A stretch of 59,968 nucleotides of DNA from an uncultured Methanosarcinales archaeon (GCA_964473285.1 CAYYOI010000004.1:1-59968), one strand, 5' to 3'; numbered from the stretch's first letter, positions 35,625-45,705 are shown. Numbers and translations: made by a program. The notes: generated by a model not told the origin, from the letters alone.

Positions 35625-37615
35625 GATTACTTAACCTCATAGGACTAATTGTATTGCTTATTCTTACTTCTTTCTCTTATGCTGCTTGTGAGGGGTCTTG
35701 TGAAATTGAGTGCGGTGACGGAAGATGTGATGTAGGTGAGAACTCCTATAATTGTCATGAGGATTGCTCTCGTTTTCCATATGATTTCAGCACAAATTTC
35801 TTGGATCCAACCTTTACTAAAGGGAATAGATCATTTTATCTGGAATTTCAAAACCGTATTAATTCAACATTATTCTTGACTATAGATGCAAGTTCATTAG
35901 AGGATTTTGTCAAATTATCTGTTAAAAATCTCACTCTTGTTCCTTTAGCATCGAAACGTGTTAATTTCACTGTGTCTGTTCCTCGTGATACACCTCCAGG
36001 AAAGATAAGAGGTGAATTCAAGATTGGATATGAAGATAGTTTCAAGTATATTCCCCTTTCTTTTACAGTCATGAATCTTCGTAATACACTTGTGGAGCTT
36101 GATGTATTGGCTCTTACAAAGGAGATTGAGCCTGATGGTGAACTCACTTTCTTTTCAGAGATATATTCTTATGAATCTGAGGCCATAAATCTTTCTCTGT
36201 TCTATACACTTGAAGACATAAGAACTGGTGAGATTATCCATAAATTTAATAGGAACATTACAATCTTTTCCTCAGAAACCTTTATTGATTCTTTAAATCT
36301 TAGTGATCCTGATCTTTTTTCATCTCCTATAAAGGAAGGGCAATATCTTGTAGAGGTCTCAACTTTATTTGACGATGATAATATTTCTTCGTCAAGTGAC
36401 TTTTTTGTTTCAGTTCCTTTCTGGACGCCTGCAAGAGTAAGAATTGTTTCGGTGTTAGGAAGTATCTTGTTTCTTGGGTTTGCGGGTACTTTTTTCTATT
36501 TTAGGTATCAAAAATGGAAGCTTGAGAGGATGAGGTATATCCCTCCAGATACAAAAAAAATACCTAAGAAAGGGCCAGATATGTTTCATGTTGGTAAATT
36601 ACCTGAAATAAATAAACAGGCTTATTTTAATCCAAGAGATCTTACAACACATTGCTTATGTGCAGGAAGTACTGGTTCAGGAAAAAGTGTTACAGCTAGT
36701 GTTATCGCTGAGGCAGCATTGCTTAATAATATTCCTGTGGTTGCATTCGATCCTACCAATCAATGGACTGGATTTGTTAAGCAATTGAAAGATAAAAATA
36801 TTCTATCTTATTATAAACAGTTTGGATTGTCTGATTCTGATGCCCGTTCTTTTAAAGGATTAATCTACACTGTTGATAATCCTGAGGTAGATATCAATAT
36901 CAAGAAATTTATGAACCCTGGGGAGATAACTGTGTTTAATCTCAGCAATCTTAAGACTGGTGAATATGATCAGGCTGTGAAACGTATAATTGATAAGATA
37001 TTTGAACTTTCATGGCCAGAAACACATGATCTTAAGGTTTTTGTAGTTTTTGATGAATGTCACCGACTTCTTGAAAAGTATGGTGGTAAGGGAGGATATG
37101 TTGCTCTTGAAAGAGCTTGTCGGGAGTTCAGGAAATGGGGAATAGGTCTTTTGATGATTAGTCAGGTAAGTGCAGATTTCAAGCAGGCAGTTGCCGGGAA
37201 TATATTGACTGAGGTACAGATGAACACAAAGAATGTAGAGGATATCCAAAAGATTGCTCAAAAGTATGGAACTCAGTTTTCCACAAAAGTCACAAGACAA
37301 GGTGTAGGTGTTGCAATGGTCCAAAACCCAAGGTATAATGATGGAAAACCTTGGTTTGTGCAATTCAGGCCACCTTTACATGACCCTCACAAAATCTCTG
37401 ATGAAGAACTTAATCTTTATAGTCGTTATTCATCCACTCTTGATGAATTTGAAGCTAAACTTGAATCTGTACCTGATAATGTGGATGCCAGGGATGCTAT
37501 GATGGAACTGAAGCTTACCAGGAACAAACTTAAGGAAGGACATTTTAAGATGGTCGATATCTATATCAAATCACTTGCAGATAAGGTAGATAAAATTTCA
37601 AGAGGTATTAAGTAA
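35621..37615 (+). CDS. membrane-anchored HerA/VirB4-like ATPase; short paralog of the giant protein's C-terminus
   Basis: Signal peptide, CGDGRCDVGENSYNCHEDC, two Ig-like domains, PFWTP-TM-ERMRYIPPD, GSTGSGKS, VFDECH, REFRKWG; ATGA overlap with the giant gene. Confidence 0.92.
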   Translation: MRLLNLIGLIVLLILTSFSYAACEGSCEIECGDGRCDVGENSYNCHEDCSRFPYDFSTNFLDPTFTKGNRSFYLEFQNRINSTLFLTIDASSLEDFVKLSVKNLTLVPLASKRVNFTVSVPRDTPPGKIRGEFKIGYEDSFKYIPLSFTVMNLRNTLVELDVLALTKEIEPDGELTFFSEIYSYESEAINLSLFYTLEDIRTGEIIHKFNRNITIFSSETFIDSLNLSDPDLFSSPIKEGQYLVEVSTLFDDDNISSSSDFFVSVPFWTPARVRIVSVLGSILFLGFAGTFFYFRYQKWKLERMRYIPPDTKKIPKKGPDMFHVGKLPEINKQAYFNPRDLTTHCLCAGSTGSGKSVTASVIAEAALLNNIPVVAFDPTNQWTGFVKQLKDKNILSYYKQFGLSDSDARSFKGLIYTVDNPEVDINIKKFMNPGEITVFNLSNLKTGEYDQAVKRIIDKIFELSWPETHDLKVFVVFDECHRLLEKYGGKGGYVALERACREFRKWGIGLLMISQVSADFKQAVAGNILTEVQMNTKNVEDIQKIAQKYGTQFSTKVTRQGVGVAMVQNPRYNDGKPWFVQFRPPLHDPHKISDEELNLYSRYSSTLDEFEAKLESVPDNVDARDAMMELKLTRNKLKEGHFKMVDIYIKSLADKVDKISRGIK

Positions 37616-38655
37616 TGGCACAACAAGATGATCGAGAAAAGGATGTTTTAACGAAGGAAGATTTCAACAAGCTTGAGGCTAGTGAGTCGAAGAAAAGCAT
37701 ATTCAAGAGAATCTTTGGAAAAAAAGAAGAAAAGAAAACAGAAAAGAAAAAGGAAAATGACTATGTTGCCCCCATATCTTTTAATGAGATGATTAATGAG
37801 TTCTATAACCTTAATGAGAGGTTTGATAACTTGCTTGTTCAGGTAGAGAAACAGGCCGGCCGAATTGAAATGGTGGAAGAATCAAAGAAAGCCTTTGATG
37901 AGAAACTTGTTGGTATCACTACTCAAATGGGGGAGTTAAGATCAAATCTTGTTTCACGTGAAAGATTTTTTGATAGAATGGAATCTGAATTTACCAGTAT
38001 GAAACAGATTGTTTCAAAGGCGAAGCCAGAAATACTGGATATACGGTTTAAACAGATAAATAATTATCTCCATAAGCTATATGATAGTCTCAATCATTTT
38101 CAGACTAAGATGAATGAAAGAGGTGCTTATCTTAATGAATTGAATTCACAATTATCTGAGCTTCATAAGGTGCGTTCAGAAGTAACTTCTCTTCGTGAAG
38201 AAATGGAGAAAATCAGTGTTGTTAAAGAGACTAAAAAATATGTGGACCAAAAAGCAGGAGAGATTGAAAAACTTTACTCTAACATAGTTGATAAATTTTC
38301 AACAATGGAAAAATCCATTGATAGGGTTAAGTCACTTGAGGATTCCTTTAATAATATGAAAAAATCAGTTGATAGACTTAAGCTTCTTCCAAAGATTGTT
38401 GCCACTAAAAAAGAAATGGATACATTATATTCCTTTATTGAAACTCTGAAATCTGATGTTGATCTTGACCTTTCAAAAGTAAAAATTTCACCAGAGGTCT
38501 CAATTGATGCAGGAAAAGAAATGGATGCATTGATAGCCTGGGCCAAATCAGAAATCTCAGCAGGGAAAAACGAATCTGTTATTGTATCAATGGCAGTTTC
38601 GAAAGGATGGAAAGAAGACCTTGTCAGGCAAGCAATCAAACTTGTTCGTGAGTGA
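37615..38655 (+). CDS. cytoplasmic coiled-coil protein with a small C-terminal helical domain
   Basis: Long heptad-rich E/K region; N-terminal SIFKRIFGKK; C-terminal LIAWAKSEISAG..IVSMAVSKGWKEDLVRQA; TAATG overlap. Confidence 0.85.
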   Translation: MAQQDDREKDVLTKEDFNKLEASESKKSIFKRIFGKKEEKKTEKKKENDYVAPISFNEMINEFYNLNERFDNLLVQVEKQAGRIEMVEESKKAFDEKLVGITTQMGELRSNLVSRERFFDRMESEFTSMKQIVSKAKPEILDIRFKQINNYLHKLYDSLNHFQTKMNERGAYLNELNSQLSELHKVRSEVTSLREEMEKISVVKETKKYVDQKAGEIEKLYSNIVDKFSTMEKSIDRVKSLEDSFNNMKKSVDRLKLLPKIVATKKEMDTLYSFIETLKSDVDLDLSKVKISPEVSIDAGKEMDALIAWAKSEISAGKNESVIVSMAVSKGWKEDLVRQAIKLVRE

Positions 38656-41600
38656 TGTTTCGTTTTTTATTTAGCTGGATTTTTGTATTTATTATAATAG
38701 TTAGCCCTGTTTTAGGTTTTGTTGAACCATATGTTAGAGGATTACCTGGAAACACATCAATAAGTGGACCTGACTCGATTGTGAAATACAAAAAAATCTA
38801 TTTTGATTCCTGGGAGAATGATGTTATTTCTGGAGGTCTTGCTAATCTTAATCATACACAAAGAGAGACCAGTTATGAATACTATCTTCTTTTTAATGAA
38901 ACAAGATTTCCAGTAAATGGGTCATTTTATTTTTCAGTTTCAGGGCGTGATCCTCTTCTAAAAGATGCCGCTATTAGGCTCTTAAGGGATTCAAGGAGTT
39001 TCTGTGAACCCCTCTCAGGAGATTTTTCATGCCACTATGAGGATTTTCAGGCGTTTGAGATTCTTAGATATTCCAGAGCTGCCAGAGTTATTAATGGGAG
39101 TTATGCTGATATTGTCATTAACTTGAGTACTGCAAATATAACCTCTGGTTCTTACATAAGCTTAGGTCATTGCGATCATTCGTATGGTGATTTCAATTGT
39201 GAGACAAATAAAAATGATATGCAGCATGAGGTATACGGTGGAGTTAAACAAGGGCTTCTTATATATAGTTTATGGAATGCATATTCTGTTACTGGGAATA
39301 AGACTATAAGGGAATTGGCTCTTAATTATACTATGGGCCATGCATCTGATTGTGATGTGTGGGAGGAAGATTATTCTTGCGCAAGCAATGAGAGTCAAGG
39401 ATACATGACATTAGGTTATTTTGAGGCATATCGTAACACAAATAATCTCACTTATTATGAGAAGGCTCTCAAGCTTGCCAGCGCAGAAGCTGGAGCGCTA
39501 GGTGGCCTTTCACAGTTAAAGGCTTATCAATTGACCCATGATGAAAAATATCTGACACGTGCCAGAGAAATAATCTCTTCTCTTGATACTTGTGGGGAAT
39601 GTTCTTCTGAAGATATAGGGCAGCTAATGATGCTTTTTTCTGAGGCATATCTTACTACTGGTGAAGATCAATTCATACTATCTTTACAAGATCTATTATC
39701 TACTGAACCAAATGATTGTAATGCCTTTAGCTCGAATTTATCATGTGAGGATCCAGCAGGACAGGGACTTTATGCTATTGGCTTTTTAGATGCTTATCTT
39801 ACATTACCAGGTCAACCAACCTTTACTAAAGTGAAGGTCAAGAATGCATCCTATAATTCGTTAATGACAATTGATGCTGACCTTTATGGATATTTACCTG
39901 ATCCAATGTTGCATTATAAGAATATATATTCCCCTTCCTGGAATTCTGTGCCTCTGGATAATGTATCAATCGATACAACATCTCTTGGGGAGGGAATTAT
40001 TGAGTTTTTTTTCAATTCTTCAAGAGGTATAAGGTACCCTGCAAATTCATTACATCTGGTATTACCCCATGAGTTTGAGACTTTCAGGAGAAATGCACAA
40101 CTTCTATCAGAGCAGGATCCAGTACATTTCTGTGGTCCTTTTGGGACAAATAAATATTCTAATTATAGTTGTAAGGAAGAAGATATGCAGGGATGGATGA
40201 TACTCTCAAGGGCTTCCTCATTTTTTTTCCATAATTCCTCGAAAGATATATTCAAAGACCAAATCTTAGAATTTAGCCAGTCTTATATTGATGATAATAA
40301 TTTCTCAAGGAGTACATGTGAGTTTCTGGATTCTGATTACGTCTGTGAAGATATTAGCGAGAATCTTGCAATTGATAATTTTTGTGAGCCCGGCCCTGTA
40401 AGGCAATCTATGATGGCATCCTCATTCCTTTCAATATATGCTGATTTTGATAAATCGGTCAAACAAATTCCGCTTAATTATCTTGAACATCCCTCAAGTG
40501 ATTGTTTTCCATTGAAAGGAGATTTTAATTGCTCATCACCTGAGTATCTTGCACTTTCTTATTGGAAAGGGTATTGGATGACTGGTGAGCCACTTTATTA
40601 TTCTGTTGCTTATAATCTTACCCAGCGGGTTGATAATTCTTTGATGTCCGCTATTTCTTTGCTTAAAGGCTATGAGATCACTGGATCTGAAGATTTCTTA
40701 TCCAAGGCAAATATAATCTTGTCAAATTTTAGTGATTTGTGCGTAAATACAAGTTGTGAACCAGAATTCTTGGGTGAAAATATTTTGGCCTATTGGGAAG
40801 CTTATAGAATAACTGCTAACATGACTTATGCATATGATGGTTATCTAAAGGCAACATCCTTAACTGATGGACGCCTTGAGGACTGTAATCCCAATTCCCC
40901 TTCTTATGATCCATTGAATCCTGAGACACTCGACTCTTTTAGATGCTTTACTCCTGATACACAAGGTCTCTTGACTTTTGCTTTTACTAAAGCAGCGCAG
41001 AATTATTTCCTGTCGTCAAATCACTCTTTTTCAGTGTCAATGAGTCCAGTAGAAAATATAGGATATAATTCAAATCATACGGTTTCATGCAGTTTTGAAA
41101 ATACAGGGAATGTAAGTGTAAAGAATGTTTATCTTTCACTTAATACCTTGCAAGATGTTGTTTCAATTGAAACTACAGGAACGCCTTTTGCTGGACATAG
41201 GGTTTTGTTTAATGAGATTGTTCCTGGTGAGAGTCTGAATGCAACATGGACTCTTAACGCAACCTCAGGAGGTAAGCAAACTATAAGTTGCCAGGTAGAA
41301 GAAAATGTTGTACAAAGGAGCCATGAAGTATTTGATATACCGCCTACTCTTCAATTTTCCAGTTCACCTGTCTCTAACTGGCATTTTTCAGATACATTCA
41401 CTAAAGAATATTCTCTTTTAAATCCGTATGATTTTAAGTTGTCAAATGTTGTTTTGGAACTAAATGCATCAAATGGTCTTGTTGTTGAACCAGATAAAAT
41501 TCATTTTCCCATATTATACGAAAATGCGACTTTTAATGTGACTTATTCAGCATATTCTCCTCTTTCTTCTAACACAACAATAAGTTTTGCTTTTAACTAT

Positions 41601-44246
41601 AGTGATGGCTCAGGCTATTATAATGAGAGTTTTATATTGTATGATTTGTTTCTTAATACTTCATTTAATTTCCCGTCTGAAGTCTCTTTGTATGATGATT
41701 TCAGCCTGGATTTTTGGTTTGATTATCTTGAAAGCTTTGATGCAGAAAACCTTAGTGTTGATTTAGATTATCCTTCTTCATTAACTCTTGTGAATATTAG
41801 TGTAAACGCTTCAGTCATCAATTATTCAGATTCGGATCTTTTAGTATCCAACATGTCTGGTTCTGTAAACTGGTCTTTTTTATCTAATGTTACTGGAAAT
41901 TATTCTTTGAATCTTAATCTAAGTGCGCCCTTATATAGTTATAAAGAATCATATGGATTCAATCTTTCTGTGCTTTCCAACGCTTTTGATGTAAGGGTAA
42001 GTTCTCCTTTAGATTTTTTTGAATCAGGAGTTTCTGAAAGATTCAATGTTACACTTGTTCTCAACAGCACAATCTCAAATGAACTTGATAATGTGACTAT
42101 CAATACTTCATTTACAGAGGGGTTGCGTCTTTTGGATGAAAGAGTAGAAACTGTAAATGTAATGTCATATCCTAATAATTCAGAATTGCTTGCAAAGGAT
42201 AACTTGTCTATAGAGGGAGATAGTTTTGCTTTTAACTTCAGTAATGGAGATATACTTAGTGTTGAAATGTTTCATGATTCAAATGAGACTGTAAATCTCT
42301 GGTGTGGGTCAAAATTAATATATGAAATGAACTTGTCAGGTTTTTCAGTATATAATGGCACTTTCAATTCAAGTTATTTGGTCATAAATTCAACCGAAAA
42401 TTTCTCTCTTGATTATTTTGCGATAAGGAATAATGTAACAGTAAATTACACAGACTCTACTTTTAAACATGTCCCCCCTGATAGTAATATCATAACTCAA
42501 TGGACTTTTCTTGTTAACTCTAGTTCTCCTAAAGAGAATATAGAATTTAGAATAAGCTCTTTACAAGGATCCTTGGATACTGGATCGTTGATTATTAATC
42601 GTAAGAAAGTGGAGGATAGCTCTTCGGATTCACCAAAAAGTGCAAGCTCTTCTTCACCACCTCCAACTAATTCATTTTACCCACATTTCAAGGAATATTC
42701 ATATTTATCTTATAATATTAGTTCTTATCTTATTAACCGTTCTTTCTTGTATCAGATAGTTCCTTCAACCAATCATAATTATTCAAAACAAATGGCTTCG
42801 TGCCTTTCGGTATCAAGGTTATACAGAGATCTTGAAACTGTCAATCTAACCCTTAATTATGAGTGTGAAAATTCAACTTCTTTTTTTATAGTTTATGATG
42901 AACTAAATGGGAACGTATATGTGAATCTTAGTGTAAATACTACAGATCATTGTACTTTCTGCAATTCAGGTAGATTTCTTTATTTTAACCGAACAATCAA
43001 ACAGGGTGATAATTTTTCAATAACTTATAGCTTACAAAATACAAGTGAGACTTATAAGGCACCCCTCGATTTTGATTTCATTCGACCCCTTGTTTTTGGT
43101 TATCCAAATGAAAGCGTGGCCTTAGAAATTGCACGTTTAAATGATCTTCACTTTATACTGTCATATTTTGATAATAATGAAAGTGAAATTACAAATGAGA
43201 TTGATAATAATTCTGATGTGGATGTGCCTACAGGAAATTCAAATTCGTCTGTTAAGACAAATGGGACCGGTACAATAAAAACAGGACCTCAGAATTCAAC
43301 CTTGGACAGTGGATTTTTGAATCAGTTCATCATAAATTTTTATGATGAGTTGAGGGGATATATTCTAGGTCTGGTTATGATCATCCTTGTTATTGGAATT
43401 GGATTTTTTATGTATCATAAAAATCTTTTTGAGATAGCAAATACTTATGTAGGTAAATCCCTTAAAAAATTAAAAAGGAAGTACTTGAAACTTTTTGGAC
43501 CAATAATCCAATTTTTTAGTGATTCCTCTTATATCCTGCGTCATTACTGGAATGATTTGGTTTATCCTTTTTTTGTTTATAGCAATAAAAAAGTTGTAAA
43601 CAAACCTGATTTTATTGGTGTATTTCTCGCAACACACGAAAAAAAACTTAGTCGGGATATCTCCTTGATTATGAAATATCTAATACATGAAAATCTCTCA
43701 GATGCTTATAATCTTATTCAGAGTGTAAAAACCCGTATCGCAAAGCTTTCGAAATTTTCAAAATCAGCAAAAAAACTTGAGAAAAAACTGAATTTTGTTC
43801 TTCTTCTTTATACTCATGTGAATTATACTATAAGAATAAAGGAGTTATCAAAATCAATAATTAAGGCTTATCTATCTAGGCGTCCTTTTAATTCGCTTAA
43901 ATCTGAACAGGAGCGTCTTGAGGTTCTTCGTGATTCAGTATATGATCAGCTCAAGAACCATTCAATGTTTGCATATTTTAAGACATTTAAGAACAATGAA
44001 TCTACGCCTCCCAGTAAATCAATAGATTTTACATCATTGGATGCTGAATTTTATTACTTACTCAATGAATTGAGGTTTTATCTTAATGAGAATGACTTTG
44101 ATAGTGCAAAAAATACTCTGAATACATTGAAAAAGGTTTATGGGCAGGTTATTGAATCATTCAAATACCGACCGGAAAAAAGAAGGCATAAAATTCTTTT
44201 ACATATCTACAAGGATCTTGTGAATGAATATAATAAAGCAGCTTAG
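38655..44246 (+). CDS. ~1,863-aa membrane-anchored surface protein: two Cys-stapled alpha/alpha-toroid (six-hairpin glycosidase-like) domains, CARDB-like Ig domains, TM helix, basic cytoplasmic tail
   Basis: Signal peptide; repeated AYxxTGxxxYxxxA helical hairpins; FENTGNVSVKNV CARDB-like motif; TM GYILGLVMIILVIGIGFFMY; TGATG overlap (GTG38652 is an alternative start). Confidence 0.88.
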   Translation: MFRFLFSWIFVFIIIVSPVLGFVEPYVRGLPGNTSISGPDSIVKYKKIYFDSWENDVISGGLANLNHTQRETSYEYYLLFNETRFPVNGSFYFSVSGRDPLLKDAAIRLLRDSRSFCEPLSGDFSCHYEDFQAFEILRYSRAARVINGSYADIVINLSTANITSGSYISLGHCDHSYGDFNCETNKNDMQHEVYGGVKQGLLIYSLWNAYSVTGNKTIRELALNYTMGHASDCDVWEEDYSCASNESQGYMTLGYFEAYRNTNNLTYYEKALKLASAEAGALGGLSQLKAYQLTHDEKYLTRAREIISSLDTCGECSSEDIGQLMMLFSEAYLTTGEDQFILSLQDLLSTEPNDCNAFSSNLSCEDPAGQGLYAIGFLDAYLTLPGQPTFTKVKVKNASYNSLMTIDADLYGYLPDPMLHYKNIYSPSWNSVPLDNVSIDTTSLGEGIIEFFFNSSRGIRYPANSLHLVLPHEFETFRRNAQLLSEQDPVHFCGPFGTNKYSNYSCKEEDMQGWMILSRASSFFFHNSSKDIFKDQILEFSQSYIDDNNFSRSTCEFLDSDYVCEDISENLAIDNFCEPGPVRQSMMASSFLSIYADFDKSVKQIPLNYLEHPSSDCFPLKGDFNCSSPEYLALSYWKGYWMTGEPLYYSVAYNLTQRVDNSLMSAISLLKGYEITGSEDFLSKANIILSNFSDLCVNTSCEPEFLGENILAYWEAYRITANMTYAYDGYLKATSLTDGRLEDCNPNSPSYDPLNPETLDSFRCFTPDTQGLLTFAFTKAAQNYFLSSNHSFSVSMSPVENIGYNSNHTVSCSFENTGNVSVKNVYLSLNTLQDVVSIETTGTPFAGHRVLFNEIVPGESLNATWTLNATSGGKQTISCQVEENVVQRSHEVFDIPPTLQFSSSPVSNWHFSDTFTKEYSLLNPYDFKLSNVVLELNASNGLVVEPDKIHFPILYENATFNVTYSAYSPLSSNTTISFAFNYSDGSGYYNESFILYDLFLNTSFNFPSEVSLYDDFSLDFWFDYLESFDAENLSVDLDYPSSLTLVNISVNASVINYSDSDLLVSNMSGSVNWSFLSNVTGNYSLNLNLSAPLYSYKESYGFNLSVLSNAFDVRVSSPLDFFESGVSERFNVTLVLNSTISNELDNVTINTSFTEGLRLLDERVETVNVMSYPNNSELLAKDNLSIEGDSFAFNFSNGDILSVEMFHDSNETVNLWCGSKLIYEMNLSGFSVYNGTFNSSYLVINSTENFSLDYFAIRNNVTVNYTDSTFKHVPPDSNIITQWTFLVNSSSPKENIEFRISSLQGSLDTGSLIINRKKVEDSSSDSPKSASSSSPPPTNSFYPHFKEYSYLSYNISSYLINRSFLYQIVPSTNHNYSKQMASCLSVSRLYRDLETVNLTLNYECENSTSFFIVYDELNGNVYVNLSVNTTDHCTFCNSGRFLYFNRTIKQGDNFSITYSLQNTSETYKAPLDFDFIRPLVFGYPNESVALEIARLNDLHFILSYFDNNESEITNEIDNNSDVDVPTGNSNSSVKTNGTGTIKTGPQNSTLDSGFLNQFIINFYDELRGYILGLVMIILVIGIGFFMYHKNLFEIANTYVGKSLKKLKRKYLKLFGPIIQFFSDSSYILRHYWNDLVYPFFVYSNKKVVNKPDFIGVFLATHEKKLSRDISLIMKYLIHENLSDAYNLIQSVKTRIAKLSKFSKSAKKLEKKLNFVLLLYTHVNYTIRIKELSKSIIKAYLSRRPFNSLKSEQERLEVLRDSVYDQLKNHSMFAYFKTFKNNESTPPSKSIDFTSLDAEFYYLLNELRFYLNENDFDSAKNTLNTLKKVYGQVIESFKYRPEKRRHKILLHIYKDLVNEYNKAA

Positions 44247-44259
44247 AATATCTTTAGAG

Positions 44260-44280
44260 ATTCAGCATTTGAAGCTGAAT
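44260..44280. terminator. hairpin between convergent genes, possible bidirectional terminator
   Basis: ATTCAGC-ATTTGAA-GCTGAAT in the 43-nt convergent gap. Confidence 0.45.
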
Positions 44281-44289
44281 AGAATCTAT

Positions 44290-45705
44290 TTAGCTGAAGT
44301 CATTGTAGATTGTTGAGAAAAGTTCGGGATTCTCAAGTATGATTATTGCCCAGGATGTTGCAAGTTGAGGGCCTACGTGAATCTTCAGATAACTTGTGTC
44401 CTGCCAATAACCTGAGTCTGTCTGTTCTGTTAGGAGGTACTCCTGGTACTTTTGAGTACAATTCGTGTTTTCAATGCTAAGGTTGAAAATAGAACAGACT
44501 TTGTCTACCCCCTGCATGGCGTAATAGTTTCCTAAGTGTTTGTTCCTGTCCCGGGTCTGGTTTATATACCAGTTGCCAATGATATAATCAATGCCTTTTT
44601 TTACAATCTCTGAGTTCTTATTATACCCCGCGTGAGCAGTCTGGATAAGTCCTGACGCAGTCATAGCAATGTTATCTATAGGGGTCTTTTCTCTGCCTCT
44701 GTAGGTGAATGCTCCACTATCCATCTGGCTATCTTTAATCCAGGAATAAAGATCTTGTGAAATCTTATCTGGCGCAGTAATATTTAGATTTCTTTTTGCG
44801 GCAGCAATTGCAAAACTCGGCCATTGCGATACAGACATATCCCCATTTGCATTGTTTGGTGTATAGTACCATGCACCATATCCTCCTCTTGATGCGATGT
44901 TCTCGTTTTGCGCCCAACTTAACCAATCAACGATGTCTTGAGCAATTTCTTTGTTTGTCCGGTTGTAGACGAAAGGTTGCATCACACTGTTTCTCTTATC
45001 TGGATCACTCAATGAAAGGGCAAGAAGACTTATTGATACTTCATAATTAGTATGTTGCCTGAAATTACTGCATTTAAGGCCTATTGAATTGTTGTTATTG
45101 TCAGGTTCTCCACTGTATTGTTCGCCGATCATCTGGTATCTGCATTTTGATAGAATATGGTTTAAACCGTATTCTATATCCTTTCCATAGGGATGATTTG
45201 ATCCAGCTTCATACCCTGCAAGCTGCATTGCTGAGATTACCATCCCTGTATATGCAACACTCCATCTTTTTAGGTAGTCATTTATCCAATATCCGTAGCT
45301 TGTGTCTCCTTTCTTGTATCTATTGATCTGTTGATGTAGGTACCATAATGCGTCTTCTTTTGCCTTTTTTACTTCATTTTCATGGTTTTTCGGAATAATC
45401 TCTACTGGAATAATCTTTCTTTCCTGGTTTATGATAAGAGTCATATTGAAATTAGTGTCATTTACTTTGTGCATTGCTGTAATCGAATGCGGATCTGTTA
45501 TGTTACCTTGTTTAATTATGTCATCTCCTATCGAAAATGTATAACTCCCTTTCTCCTGATCAGTAAAACATTTGAATATGGTAGTACTGTTTTGTATGGC
45601 GCGATGAGAGCTGTCCTCATAATCGTTTAAGCAAGTGATTCCTGCCTGGGCTGATGTAATAAATACTAGTAGGAAGAATAGTTTAGTAATCATTCGTAGT
45701 TTCAT
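44290..45705 (-). CDS. secreted prenyltransferase/squalene-cyclase-repeat (alpha/alpha toroid) protein
   Basis: Signal peptide; ALWYLHQQ, WLSWAQ..GAWYY, GDMSVSQW, SQMDSGAFTY, EQTDSGYW QW-like motifs. Confidence 0.85.
   Translation of the reverse strand: MKLRMITKLFFLLVFITSAQAGITCLNDYEDSSHRAIQNSTTIFKCFTDQEKGSYTFSIGDDIIKQGNITDPHSITAMHKVNDTNFNMTLIINQERKIIPVEIIPKNHENEVKKAKEDALWYLHQQINRYKKGDTSYGYWINDYLKRWSVAYTGMVISAMQLAGYEAGSNHPYGKDIEYGLNHILSKCRYQMIGEQYSGEPDNNNNSIGLKCSNFRQHTNYEVSISLLALSLSDPDKRNSVMQPFVYNRTNKEIAQDIVDWLSWAQNENIASRGGYGAWYYTPNNANGDMSVSQWPSFAIAAAKRNLNITAPDKISQDLYSWIKDSQMDSGAFTYRGREKTPIDNIAMTASGLIQTAHAGYNKNSEIVKKGIDYIIGNWYINQTRDRNKHLGNYYAMQGVDKVCSIFNLSIENTNCTQKYQEYLLTEQTDSGYWQDTSYLKIHVGPQLATSWAIIILENPELFSTIYNDFS

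Noticed and set aside
34600-37615. ATPases as the canonical HerA of HerA-NurA repair or a defence system
   Set aside because: They are membrane-anchored with ectodomains, no HAS barrel is evident, and no nurA/mre11/rad50 or nuclease partner lies nearby
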